Positions 1 through 7,454 of a DNA stretch of 64,000 nt are shown piece by piece (the first letter of the stretch is position 1; every line of letters starts with the position of its first letter). The notes beneath the pieces were generated by a model. That model had not been told where the DNA came from, ran no database searches, and saw nothing but the letters and a program-made list of their open reading frames with translations. Origin of the DNA: Candidatus Uhrbacteria bacterium RIFCSPLOWO2_01_FULL_47_17 (GTDB lineage Bacteria > Patescibacteriota > Patescibacteriia > UBA9934 > GWF2-40-263); assembly GCA_001791305.1 (NCBI GenBank), contig MGEI01000004.1, forward strand, positions 61,101 through 125,100, read 5' to 3'. Made by a program: the position numbers and the translations under genes.

Positions 1-2
1 AG

Positions 3-93
3 TTGATCCAAAAAGGATCTGTACGCGGAACAATGTATGATTGGAATAAAACAGCAGCAAAGACATGGGAAATTCTGCGCGGTCTGGTATAAT
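3..93 (+). CDS. 3' end (30 codons) of an upstream gene running off the window edge; ends TAA inside the TATAAT box of the next gene
   Basis: Open frame from position 3 (…LIQKGSVRGTMYDWNKTAAKTWEILRGLV*); protein-like composition; no start in window. Confidence 0.25.
85..93 (+). promoter_or_regulatory. Extended -10 box TGGTATAAT 8 nt upstream of the trmB-like ATG (leaderless-type start)
   Basis: tggtataat at 85-93, ATG at 102; no SD between. Confidence 0.45.
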
Positions 94-101
94 CAAATCC
101 T

Positions 102-875
102 ATGGATCAATTGTTAACAGAATTAAAGCGTCTTGGCCTTTCGGAAAAAGAGGCGCAGGTTTATCTTTCCGCCCTCGAACTTGGACCCGCGCCGGTTCAA
201 GATATTTCGCATAAAGCAAAAGTGAACCGCGCAACCACGTATGTCATGATCGAGGCGCTCGCAACGCGCGGGCTCATGTCCACGTTTGTGAAAGGGAAGA
301 AACGTTTTTATGTTCCGGAAAGTCCGGATCGTTTGATGTCGATCCTTCGCATTCAACAAAAAGAGTTGGAAGAAAAACACAACGAATTTCAAAAAACATT
401 ACCAATGCTTCTCGCGCTGTTTAATGCAGAAGGGGCGAAGCCGCAAATTCGGTATCTCGAGGGATCAGAAGGTTTGAAAACCCTTCGCGAGACGTTTGAA
501 AAAATGGAAGGGGAGTTTGTGGAAATTGTTCCGTATGACGATGTTCTTGCCACAAGCGAGATCATGGATGATCACGAACGTCATACGCGCGAATTGCATT
601 TAGCAAAAACGCCGCACCGCGCGATTGTGGTGATGGAGAATCCAGATCCATCAAAGATTCCAAACGTTGGAGTTGGAGAAGTACGATTTGTTTCCTCAAA
701 AGAGTTTCCGATGCACGGAGAAATTATTGTGCGTGGAAATCATGTCTTTTTGTTCTCGTACAGATCTGCTGTGCTTGCGGTTGTAATTATCAGTAAAGAA
801 ATTGCCGATGCTGTGCGTGGATTATTTAATTTAGCTTGGAGAGGGGCTGCGGAATATCCATCAAAAAAATCTTAA
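102..875 (+). CDS. TrmB-family HTH transcriptional regulator
   Basis: N-terminal wHTH (LSEKEAQVYLSALELGPAPVQDISHKAKVNRATTYVMIEAL) plus C-terminal TrmB-like domain; 257 aa. Confidence 0.7.
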   Translation: MDQLLTELKRLGLSEKEAQVYLSALELGPAPVQDISHKAKVNRATTYVMIEALATRGLMSTFVKGKKRFYVPESPDRLMSILRIQQKELEEKHNEFQKTLPMLLALFNAEGAKPQIRYLEGSEGLKTLRETFEKMEGEFVEIVPYDDVLATSEIMDDHERHTRELHLAKTPHRAIVVMENPDPSKIPNVGVGEVRFVSSKEFPMHGEIIVRGNHVFLFSYRSAVLAVVIISKEIADAVRGLFNLAWRGAAEYPSKKS

Positions 876-914
876 GTTTTTTTCAAAAAAAGAATCGTCG
901 AACGGTTCGACGAT
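876..914 (-). terminator. Rho-independent terminator oriented for minus-strand transcripts leaving the GC-rich island (perfect palindrome ATCGTCGAACGGTTCGACGAT, then U-run on minus strand)
   Basis: Palindrome 894-914; rc gives hairpin followed by UCUUUUUUUG. Confidence 0.5.
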
Positions 915-1325
915 AGGGAAGGACAGGAAGAGGCTGCTCACCAAGGTGGGAGCGGACGTGTGAGAACATTCAAAGAGCTGTCAGAAAGTGAGAACGGAGT
1001 TCGACGGGCGTATCCTGGGAAAAGAAGTCAGCTACCGAGCGCGCAGTGCATGTGTGGTTTGATTGCCGCGGGATTCCCAAGGAGAGGATTCCTTGAGTTG
1101 GCATACATGCGTAGGGCTCTTTTTGTAGCATCGTTCAATTCACGCGCAATCGCCGTCATGACACAGACCCCTGGAGAAGAGCTGTCATGACGTGATTTCG
1201 GATACGGGTTACGGAACTCATACGTACCTCATTTGACAGACATCTGTGCCATCACTTGTCACCTCTTCCTCTCGTTTGGAAGAGAAGATAAATCTATCAT
1301 GTTTTTGGAAAAATGTCAACATTAT

Positions 1326-1358
1326 AAACAAAAACACCCGTTAGGGTGTTTTTTCTCG
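1326..1358. terminator. Bidirectional intrinsic terminator (AAAAACACCC-GTTA-GGGTGTTTTTT)
   Basis: 6-bp GC stem 1334-1349 flanked by A-run and T-run; lies at left edge of GC-rich island. Confidence 0.55.
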
Positions 1359-1479
1359 TTTTGAGGGAGAGATTGGTCTTTCGACCTATTCACATCACGA
1401 GAGATCATGAGGTGGATAGGTCGAGCCGCGCGAGATGCGAGAGAGTGCAGCAGCGCGACTGGTTGAGGGTTGAAATGGG

Positions 1480-1815
1480 TTACCCAAGCGTCTTCAGGAT
1501 CGCGCCACCGATGTGGATGCCGGCAAGTCCGGCGTAGACCACGCTCGTAAGCGCAACACCAATCCGCGAGAGCAGAAGGTGGCGATGGCTCCAAAGGATC
1601 CCTGCCGCGATTACGACCAAGAAGATCTTCGCGATTGCGAACGTGTGCACTCCGTGAAGGAGGGCGTGGTTCATGATCGGATTCGCTTCGGTCGCGAGTC
1701 CGGATTGGATCCAGTAGAGCGTCGCACCTGCGTCGAGGAGATTCAGTATGCACAGAATCATCTCAGCGCGACGAAACAGAATCACCTGCTCGAGTGCCTT
1801 TGCGATGTCCGACAT
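1480..1815 (-). CDS. Small polytopic membrane protein (possibly DUF5658-like); first gene of GC-rich island
   Basis: 111 aa from ATG (MSDIAKALEQ…) preceded by GGAGGA SD; 3-4 hydrophobic helices; GC ~60%. Confidence 0.45.
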   Translation of the reverse strand: MSDIAKALEQVILFRRAEMILCILNLLDAGATLYWIQSGLATEANPIMNHALLHGVHTFAIAKIFLVVIAAGILWSHRHLLLSRIGVALTSVVYAGLAGIHIGGAILKTLG

Positions 1816-1857
1816 GTCATCCTCCAAAACGTTTTGGGTACGATGATTCTAGAGCCC

Positions 1858-1880
1858 CCTCTCCTTTCGAAGGAGAGGGC
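1858..1880. repeat. Perfect 10-bp GC-rich hairpin CCCTCTCCTT-TCG-AAGGAGAGGG ~40 nt upstream of the 1480-1815 gene; related copy upstream of rlmN (27626-27650)
   Basis: Exact inverted repeat seen in sequence; similar CCCTCTCC…GGAGGG hairpin 10 nt upstream of rlmN start. Confidence 0.5.
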
Positions 1881-2742
1881 GGGGGGAGAGGTGTCGCATG
1901 AGAATTCAGATTCCACAAATCACTTTGCGATTTCTGAAGACTGCGCGACGGAACTGCGTGAAAATGGGTAGCTTTCCCACTTCACGCAGCCCGTCGCGCG
2001 AGGTTCAACAAGGCTCCGTCAGAGATCATCATCGAGGTTCCGGTTCTCCTCGATTTGTCTTAGATGAGCAGATATCATCTCCAGAGTTTGTGGATGCGTG
2101 CCAACATCCTGATCGATCTCGTTGACCATCGATCGTTCTGGTTTCACCAAGTCCTTGGTACTTATACTAGGCGTCTTGCAATTCGACGCCCCAAGGTGCA
2201 GCTTCAGATTTTTTCGGACCAACATTCAGTCCTATCGATCGCTTGTGACACGATCGATAAAATCCTAGGATGTTTTACATGCTTACGTCGACAGCTGATC
2301 GTCAACGCTGCATCGGGAACAGAAGATGTACATGGATCCTCCTTGATCCTGTCGTTGTGCTCGCTCCCAATCGGCGGAGAGCGAACAGGTTGCGCCACAA
2401 AGCACACTCAAATGCGACCGGTGCCATCAAAGGCTAACCGAGCCGCGAACCGCCGGGCGCGTGCGATACCCGCCGGCAAACATGTCCGACCTTCAAATGG
2501 CCGAACCGAGGTCGTTACGCACGGCGCGTATACGAGCTCGGAAAGCCGGGCGATGGTTCGTGGAGTGTCCACTAGCATCGCCCAAGTTTCCAATTCGTAG
2601 ACTTGAGATCTTCACCGGCCAATGGAGGGCCAGGGTCTCTTTTTTTCTTCATGCTTCGATCGCCTAACATCGAGCATTGCTTTCCTGAGGGATGACGCTT
2701 ATCTCAATGGTGACTCCTTGTGTTTCGTTGAGGGTTGGTCGC

Positions 2743-2889
2743 TCAGCGCGTGATCTTCTTGATCAGACCGCGGGCCACATCCATGCACTTGAAGCACGCG
2801 ACGAGGCCGAAGGTCAAAACCCGAACGGTCAGCGGGGCGAGATCGTCGAGAAATTCTCGATGCTCGGCCTTGAGAGCTTCTTCGCTCAT
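2743..2889 (-). CDS. Small hypothetical protein (48 aa, MSEEALKAEHREFLDDLAPLTVRVLTFGLVACFKCMDVARGLIKKITR)
   Basis: GGAGG SD 5 nt upstream of ATG; stop of upstream small ORF overlaps its SD (AAGTAGGAGGTTCCCATG); GC-rich island. Confidence 0.45.
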   Translation of the reverse strand: MSEEALKAEHREFLDDLAPLTVRVLTFGLVACFKCMDVARGLIKKITR

Positions 2890-2898
2890 GGGAACCTC

Positions 2899-3024
2899 CT
2901 ACTTCTTCTTGCCGAACGGGTTGCGGACCCACTCGAGGACCGCAACGCCAAGGGCGAGGGGGATGAGGATGACCATCAGGCCAACCGGGGTCGGCATGTG
3001 GGCGTCGATTTGCTTCTGGGTCAT
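2899..3024 (-). CDS. Small single-TM membrane peptide (41 aa, MTQKQIDAHMPTPVGLMVILIPLALGVAVLEWVRNPFGKKK)
   Basis: GGAGGATAC-ATG SD; hydrophobic core; translationally coupled to next small ORF. Confidence 0.45.
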   Translation of the reverse strand: MTQKQIDAHMPTPVGLMVILIPLALGVAVLEWVRNPFGKKK

Positions 3025-3057
3025 GTATCCTCCGGATCGTCGCGCGATGCGAGCGAT

Positions 3058-3427
3058 CTAGTTGTAGGTGAGCGCGCGCGCCCGCTTTTCGAGGAGCGGG
3101 AGCAGAGCGATGACTTCGTTCGACGACAGGTGAACCATCCACTCCGACGTGTTCATGCCGATCACGTGGCCGAGCTTGAACGCACGGGTAAGCTTGCGCA
3201 CACCGTTGCGTCCGATGAACTCGCCGTTGTCGCCGATGATCCAGGCCGGGGTCACGCCGAAGCGCTTGACCAGCCAGGTTTCGGAGACGCGATCGATTTC
3301 GCGCTCGGCGAATTCCATCTCGGCCTCGCACTTGAAGAGATCGAGGTCGAAGCCGGCTTCGACGAGGGTCAGTTCCAGTTGCGTGAGACGGCTGCTTTTG
3401 CCCGATTGGGCGATCTGCAGGTTCATG
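3058..3427 (-). CDS. Hypothetical protein (123 aa from ATG; alternative GTG start at 3495 gives 145 aa)
   Basis: ATG preceded by GAGG SD; ORF-track 3058..3495 begins at a GTG without SD; GC-rich island. Confidence 0.45.
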
Positions 3428-3515
3428 TCTGCCTCGTGCCTCGAGATTCTCGAGAGCATTCTGACTGTTGAGAAATCAGGTACCTTCCGATCCACAAAGA
3501 TGGAGGCAAGGGATC

Positions 3516-3643
3516 CAGTGACCTCCCGAAGGCGGTGTAGACCATGAATATCTTGCGTATGAAATGAGTAAGCTTGCGCCTAGTCAAGCCATTTGATATT
3601 CGCTGGGTGTCTCTTTCAAAGACGCCCAGTTGCTCTCTCCTCC
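3516..3643. repeat. Copy R1 of a ~130-nt duplicated leader/regulatory element (second copy 5892-6027)
   Basis: ~80% identity over ~95 nt with R2 (cagtgacc[t/g]cccgaagg…catga[a/g]tatc[t/g]tgcgtatg[a/g]aatgagt…tcaagccatttgata…tttcaaagacg…gctctctcc); sits immediately upstream of minus-strand operon. Confidence 0.6.
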
Positions 3644-3674
3644 ATTTTTGTGGGGCGAAGGGGGAAGGGCTGCA

Positions 3675-3806
3675 GAGTGAAAAAGTGGAAAAGTGAAAGA
3701 GTGAAGGAAGGAAATTTACTATTTGACGATTTGTTTAAAGAACAATCAAATAAATAATTTCCTTCACTTTTTCACTCTTTGACTTTTTTACTTTGTTTTC
3801 TTTCTC
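3675..3806. repeat. Purine-tract inverted-repeat element (AGTGAAAGAGTGAAGGAA arms around AT-rich loop), copy 1 of 4
   Basis: Left arm gagtgaaaaagtggaaaagtgaaagagtgaaggaagg, right arm ttccttcactttttcactctttgactttttt; low-GC element inside GC-rich island. Confidence 0.55.
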
Positions 3807-3848
3807 TGCAAGATGCCGCGAGCGTTTGCTCGTGATCTCTTGGGAGAC

Positions 3849-3893
3849 GGTCGATGAGGTGTAGCGAAGTAAGTGCTACATGCCTCATCGACC
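3849..3893. repeat. Strong hairpin GGTCGATGAGG(TGTAGC…GCTACA)CCTCATCGACC downstream of island gene D
   Basis: 11-bp perfect outer stem plus 6-bp inner stem; not followed by U-run. Confidence 0.45.
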
Positions 3894-3947
3894 GCAAGGT
3901 CTTTGTTTAAGAAGTCGTTAGACTCGACTTATGTGCAGGCTTGAGAC

Positions 3948-5120
3948 CTAGCCCTTGCGATTGCCCTTCTGCTGGAAGCGGCGGGGCTGGGTCTTCTGGG
4001 CCTGGGGGCCGGTGTAGAAGGCGGCGTGGAGCTTGTCCTGCTCCGCACTCGCCTCATACACAGCCGCGTTGGTCTCGAGGTCGCCGAGGATCTCCGTTTC
4101 GGCCTTGGCGACCGACTGGGGATTCTCGATGAACTTCGCGGCGCACTTCGGGCAGAGGGCGTAGTGGGTCATCAAGTGACTCACGTCCACCGGGCCACGC
4201 TTCGCCTCGTAGTTCATCTCCTGCATGTCCTCGAGCCGGGGGGCCTGCATGTCGTCGACCGAACCGACGAACGCCGTGCCCTTTTCGAGCGCGTGCTCGC
4301 ACTCGCGACCCTGGACGCACCGGACGAACGTCTCGCCAGTGCGGGGGTGCTTGAGCGGCTGGCCCAGGAAGACGGTCTTGCGGAAGTCCGAGTCCTGCTT
4401 GCGCCGCGCCGCCTTCTGCTCTTCGACCCGCTGCTTGCTCGCCGCCGCCCGCGCCTCTTCGGGGCGGACGATGTCGAGGGCCCTGTCGAGGAACATCAGG
4501 TCGTTGCGGTTGAGACCCCGCTGCATGGCGCCCTTGGCCGAGACCGCGTAGTTGCGCAGGTCGGCTTCGGTGGTGCGGCGATCGAGTTTCGTGTCGAGCA
4601 GGGCGAGCTTGAGAACCAGCATCTTTTCCACCGGACGCGTTTCGCCGGTGATGACGCAGGTCCACTCCTCGACCGGTTTCGCCTCGACCTTGTCCTCGAC
4701 CTTGGGGGCCTCGGGCTTGGTCTCGACGACGGTCTCGGTCGCTTCGGCCACGAGGGCTTCCACGATCTCGACCACCGGCGCGGGCATCAGCGACGCGAGC
4801 TGGTTGTTGTTCAGGCCAGCGAGGATGTCGCTCGGCGAGAACTTCTGCAGCTCGGCCACGTTGGCGCCGCCCTCGACCAGGCTCATCACCTTGTCGAGCG
4901 TGTCCACCGCCGGCGCCTTGCCGTCGGGGCACAGCCACTCGATGTCGACGCCCTTCTCCACGAGCGCCACGGTCGAGTTGAGCACTTCCTTGCCGATCGT
5001 CGCCAGGTTCTCGCGCTTCGCAGTGCGCAGAGCCTCGGACTTGTCGGCCTTGGCCGTGTTCGGATCGATGGTGACGCCGCGGTTGAGGAACTTGGCGACG
5101 AAGGTATGGGTCGTGGACAT
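3948..5120 (-). CDS. Hypothetical acidic protein with C-terminal Cys/His zinc-ribbon-like motifs (390 aa)
   Basis: ATG (MSTTHTF…) with GGAG SD; ORF-track 490-aa version extends through an in-frame GC-rich leader; C-terminus C-x5-C-x-H … C-x2-C; acidic/Lys-rich middle (KPEAPKVEDKVEAKPVEE). Confidence 0.5.
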   Translation of the reverse strand: MSTTHTFVAKFLNRGVTIDPNTAKADKSEALRTAKRENLATIGKEVLNSTVALVEKGVDIEWLCPDGKAPAVDTLDKVMSLVEGGANVAELQKFSPSDILAGLNNNQLASLMPAPVVEIVEALVAEATETVVETKPEAPKVEDKVEAKPVEEWTCVITGETRPVEKMLVLKLALLDTKLDRRTTEADLRNYAVSAKGAMQRGLNRNDLMFLDRALDIVRPEEARAAASKQRVEEQKAARRKQDSDFRKTVFLGQPLKHPRTGETFVRCVQGRECEHALEKGTAFVGSVDDMQAPRLEDMQEMNYEAKRGPVDVSHLMTHYALCPKCAAKFIENPQSVAKAETEILGDLETNAAVYEASAEQDKLHAAFYTGPQAQKTQPRRFQQKGNRKG

Positions 5121-5478
5121 GATGAACTCCGTGCGCGAGACTAGCTCGACGCGTTGTGAACCTATAGGAACACTGAATGCCCTTTTGGGGCTAGGACAAC
5201 TTTGGCCACCCGGCCTCAGCATCACAGATTCCGCAAGCTTGCACTTACGAACTCTGAAAGCTCGGCGACGGACTGTGTTGAAAGGGAGTGCCTTTCGCCA
5301 CAGCCGTCGCCAGATCTCGAGAAGAAGACTCGTGCCGCTCAACACTCGAGATGTTGAGTTCACTGTATGTATCCACATCCAATCGCCTGACATTGGATGC
5401 TTCTGTTTGCTGTTAGGCAATCATCGTTCTAACCTTTCCTTTGCTCTGTAACCTGAGCTAGGTGTGAGTTGAGGTCGG

Positions 5479-5607
5479 CTAGTCGACGCTGCGCTGGGCG
5501 GCGGTGACGAGCTTGGCGGCGGCGATGAGCTCGTTCGGGGTCTTGAACTGGCGCAAGTCGATGTAGGCCCGTTCGAGAATCTCGACTGCGGCAATGATCT
5601 GAATCAT
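5479..5607 (-). CDS. Small hypothetical protein (42 aa, MIQIIAAVEILERAYIDLRQFKTPNELIAAAKLVTAAQRSVD)
   Basis: GGAGTACCC-ATG SD; GC-rich island. Confidence 0.4.
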   Translation of the reverse strand: MIQIIAAVEILERAYIDLRQFKTPNELIAAAKLVTAAQRSVD

Positions 5608-5651
5608 GGGTACTCCGTGCGAACTCGGTGGTTCGCGTCTGGGTGGTTGGG

Positions 5652-5801
5652 CTACTTGACGAGGACCAGAGGCGCGAGCGAGCTGGCGAAGAGCAGCAGC
5701 ATGGCGACTTCGCCGGTGCAGAGCTTGCCGAGGATCTCGAACGCGCGATCGCTGCTCGTGGGGATGAAGTACGGGAGGGAGACGGTGAGGTTCTTGATCA
5801 T
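5652..5801 (-). CDS. Small hydrophobic-tailed protein (49 aa, MIKNLTVSLPYFIPTSSDRAFEILGKLCTGEVAMLLLFASSLAPLVLVK)
   Basis: GGAG 9 nt upstream of ATG; first ORF downstream of repeat R2. Confidence 0.4.
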   Translation of the reverse strand: MIKNLTVSLPYFIPTSSDRAFEILGKLCTGEVAMLLLFASSLAPLVLVK

Positions 5802-5891
5802 GGTGTCGATCTCCGTGCGAACTCGATGGCTCGCGTCTGGGCTGTGGACTGGTCGATTCGTTCGACGCAGGAATCCGAGGGTAGGTCGATT

Positions 5892-6027
5892 CAGTGACCG
5901 CCCGAAGGCTGGTGTGAATCATGAGTATCGTGCGTATGGAATGAGTGAGGGTTAACCCAGTCAAACCATTTGATACTCACCGCTCTCATTCGCCGAAGCG
6001 TTTTGAAAGACGGTTTGCTCTCTCCCC
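5892..6027. repeat. Copy R2 of the duplicated ~130-nt leader element
   Basis: See R1; the palindrome at the equivalent position differs (GGGTTAACCC here vs AAGCTT in R1). Confidence 0.6.
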
Positions 6028-6211
6028 TCAGGTTTCTGAGTCGAGTTACATAAAAAGACCCATTGCTTTGCGTATCCAAGCATGAGAGATACGAAAACCA
6101 ATCGGTCTTATTATTTGCTATCAGTGAATGGGACTGGATAGCTCAGCTCTCTCCCCGTTTGAGTTGTAAGGTGAAGAAGTGATCTTGTCGCTTCGTCATC
6201 TTGATGGACAT

Positions 6212-6240
6212 ACTATATCACTTTTTGTCAGTTTTGTCAA
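6212..6240 (-). promoter_or_regulatory. Sigma70-like promoter TTGACA-N17-TATAGT on minus strand, reading into the GC-rich island
   Basis: rc of 6212-6240 = TTGACAAAACTGACAAAAAGTGATATAGT; lies in low-GC flank at island right boundary. Confidence 0.45.
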
Positions 6241-6318
6241 GACCCACACTTAGGAAATAGTGAGAATTAGGCTAGAATTAGCCAAATCAAGTTGTCAGGA
6301 AGTTCTGGAATGGAAAGG

Positions 6319-6415
6319 GGTAGCCGCAGGCTTCAGCCTGCGCCGGGTGGGAATATGGCTATTTCATATTTCGAGATACACCTTCGGGTACACGCAGGCT
6401 GAAGCCTGCGGCTAC
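6319..6415. repeat. Perfect 23-bp inverted repeat (GTAGCCGCAGGCTTCAGCCTGCG … CGCAGGCTGAAGCCTGCGGCTAC) with 51-bp spacer, followed by T-run; contains the GGCTTCAGCC motif
   Basis: Exact arms 6319-6341 and 6393-6415; then cgcgtttttatgttataat. Confidence 0.6.
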
Positions 6416-6425
6416 CGCGTTTTTA

Positions 6426-6434
6426 TGTTATAAT
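6426..6434 (+). promoter_or_regulatory. Extended -10 box TGTTATAAT 10 nt upstream of holB ATG (short/leaderless 5' end)
   Basis: tgttataat 6426-6434, ATG 6445, no SD. Confidence 0.4.
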
Positions 6435-6444
6435 TTCCACACCT

Positions 6445-7407
6445 ATGCCACCATCCCCATTTTACAACCTTATTGGACACGAACGTGTTCAGGATGTTTT
6501 GGGTCGAATGATTGAACGAGACCGTTTGCCGCACGCCTTTTTGTTTGTGGGGCCGCATCATCTGGGAAAAACGCTTGTGGCGAGGCAGCTGATTCGGGCG
6601 ATCTCGAAGGAGGCCGAAGGAGCGGCGTCTATGGACGTGATCGAACTTGGGTGTCTTACGGATGAGAAGACGGGAAAGAAGAAGGCACAGATTTCGGTTG
6701 AGCAGGTTCGCGAAGTTTGCGAGAGACTTGCGATGAGTGCAATGAACGGTGGATGGAAAATTGCGTTTATTAAAAATGCAGATGCGCTTTCAAACGCGGC
6801 GGCGAATGCGCTTTTGAAAACACTTGAAGAACCAAAAGGGAAAACGTTGTTCATTCTGCGCGCGCCTTCCGTTGAGTCTGTTCTTCCAACCGTTGCGTCA
6901 CGTTGTCAGGTGATGCGTTTTCATCCGGTGTCGAGAACTACGCTTGCAACAGCACTCGTCAAAAAAGGACACGCGAAACCAGATGCGGAAATCGCAGCGG
7001 CCATCTCGCTTGGTCGCCCGGGTCGTGCATTTCGGTATCTCACAAAAAGTGAAGACCGATCACAAACAGATATTGGGGTGGAACAAGCGATCGATTTGTT
7101 CTCCTCAGACATTGCAAAACAAATTCGACTTACATCCGGACTGCTTCCAAAAGAAGATGTAAACAAACGTTCGGCCGCAGATCAGACGGTACGATTATGG
7201 CAGCGCGTATTGCGCGATGAATTATTGCGATCTGTTGGATGCGAAGAACTCGTTGTATATCGATCGGACACTTCCCGTAACCCAAGGCTTCAGCCTTGGC
7301 ACGTCTCTCGACTGATCGCCACACTCAAAAAAACAGAAGAGGGAAGAACGGCGATTGCGCATAATACAAATCCACAATTAACGTTAGAGCACATTTTATT
7401 TTCGTGA
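6445..7407 (+). CDS. holB: DNA polymerase III delta' subunit (clamp-loader AAA+)
   Basis: Walker A GPHHLGKT, clamp-loader layout, 320 aa. Confidence 0.85.
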   Translation: MPPSPFYNLIGHERVQDVLGRMIERDRLPHAFLFVGPHHLGKTLVARQLIRAISKEAEGAASMDVIELGCLTDEKTGKKKAQISVEQVREVCERLAMSAMNGGWKIAFIKNADALSNAAANALLKTLEEPKGKTLFILRAPSVESVLPTVASRCQVMRFHPVSRTTLATALVKKGHAKPDAEIAAAISLGRPGRAFRYLTKSEDRSQTDIGVEQAIDLFSSDIAKQIRLTSGLLPKEDVNKRSAADQTVRLWQRVLRDELLRSVGCEELVVYRSDTSRNPRLQPWHVSRLIATLKKTEEGRTAIAHNTNPQLTLEHILFS

Positions 7408-7454
7408 CATACGTGGGTGGGCATAAAACCCACCCCTACAATCGCAAATTTTTT

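Noticed and set aside
915-1320. tmRNA/RNase P/SRP RNA assignment for the non-coding stretch
   Set aside because: Only short partial resemblances were found, with no tRNA-like acceptor/T-arm, no tag ORF and no P4 motif. It is kept only as a low-confidence finding.
3665-3810. CRISPR array?
   Set aside because: The AGTGAA-type repeats are irregular purine tracts forming inverted repeats; they are not equal-length direct repeats with unique spacers. No cas genes are present anywhere in the window.
3948-5420. 490-aa ORF-track version of island gene D
   Set aside because: The first ~100 codons are an in-frame 5' leader. The SD-led ATG at 5120 (MSTTHTF) is the supported start.
1513-5451. Long ORFs in the GC-rich island on both strands (1513..1971+, 2064..2600+, 2692..3471+, 2699..3331-, 4026..5144+, 4054..4938-, 4552..5451+, 5479..5964-)
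   Set aside because: High GC suppresses stop codons. Their translations are Arg/Gly/Ala/Ser-rich junk, overlap one another, and lack SDs, while the chosen minus-strand genes have GGAGG SDs and protein-like composition.
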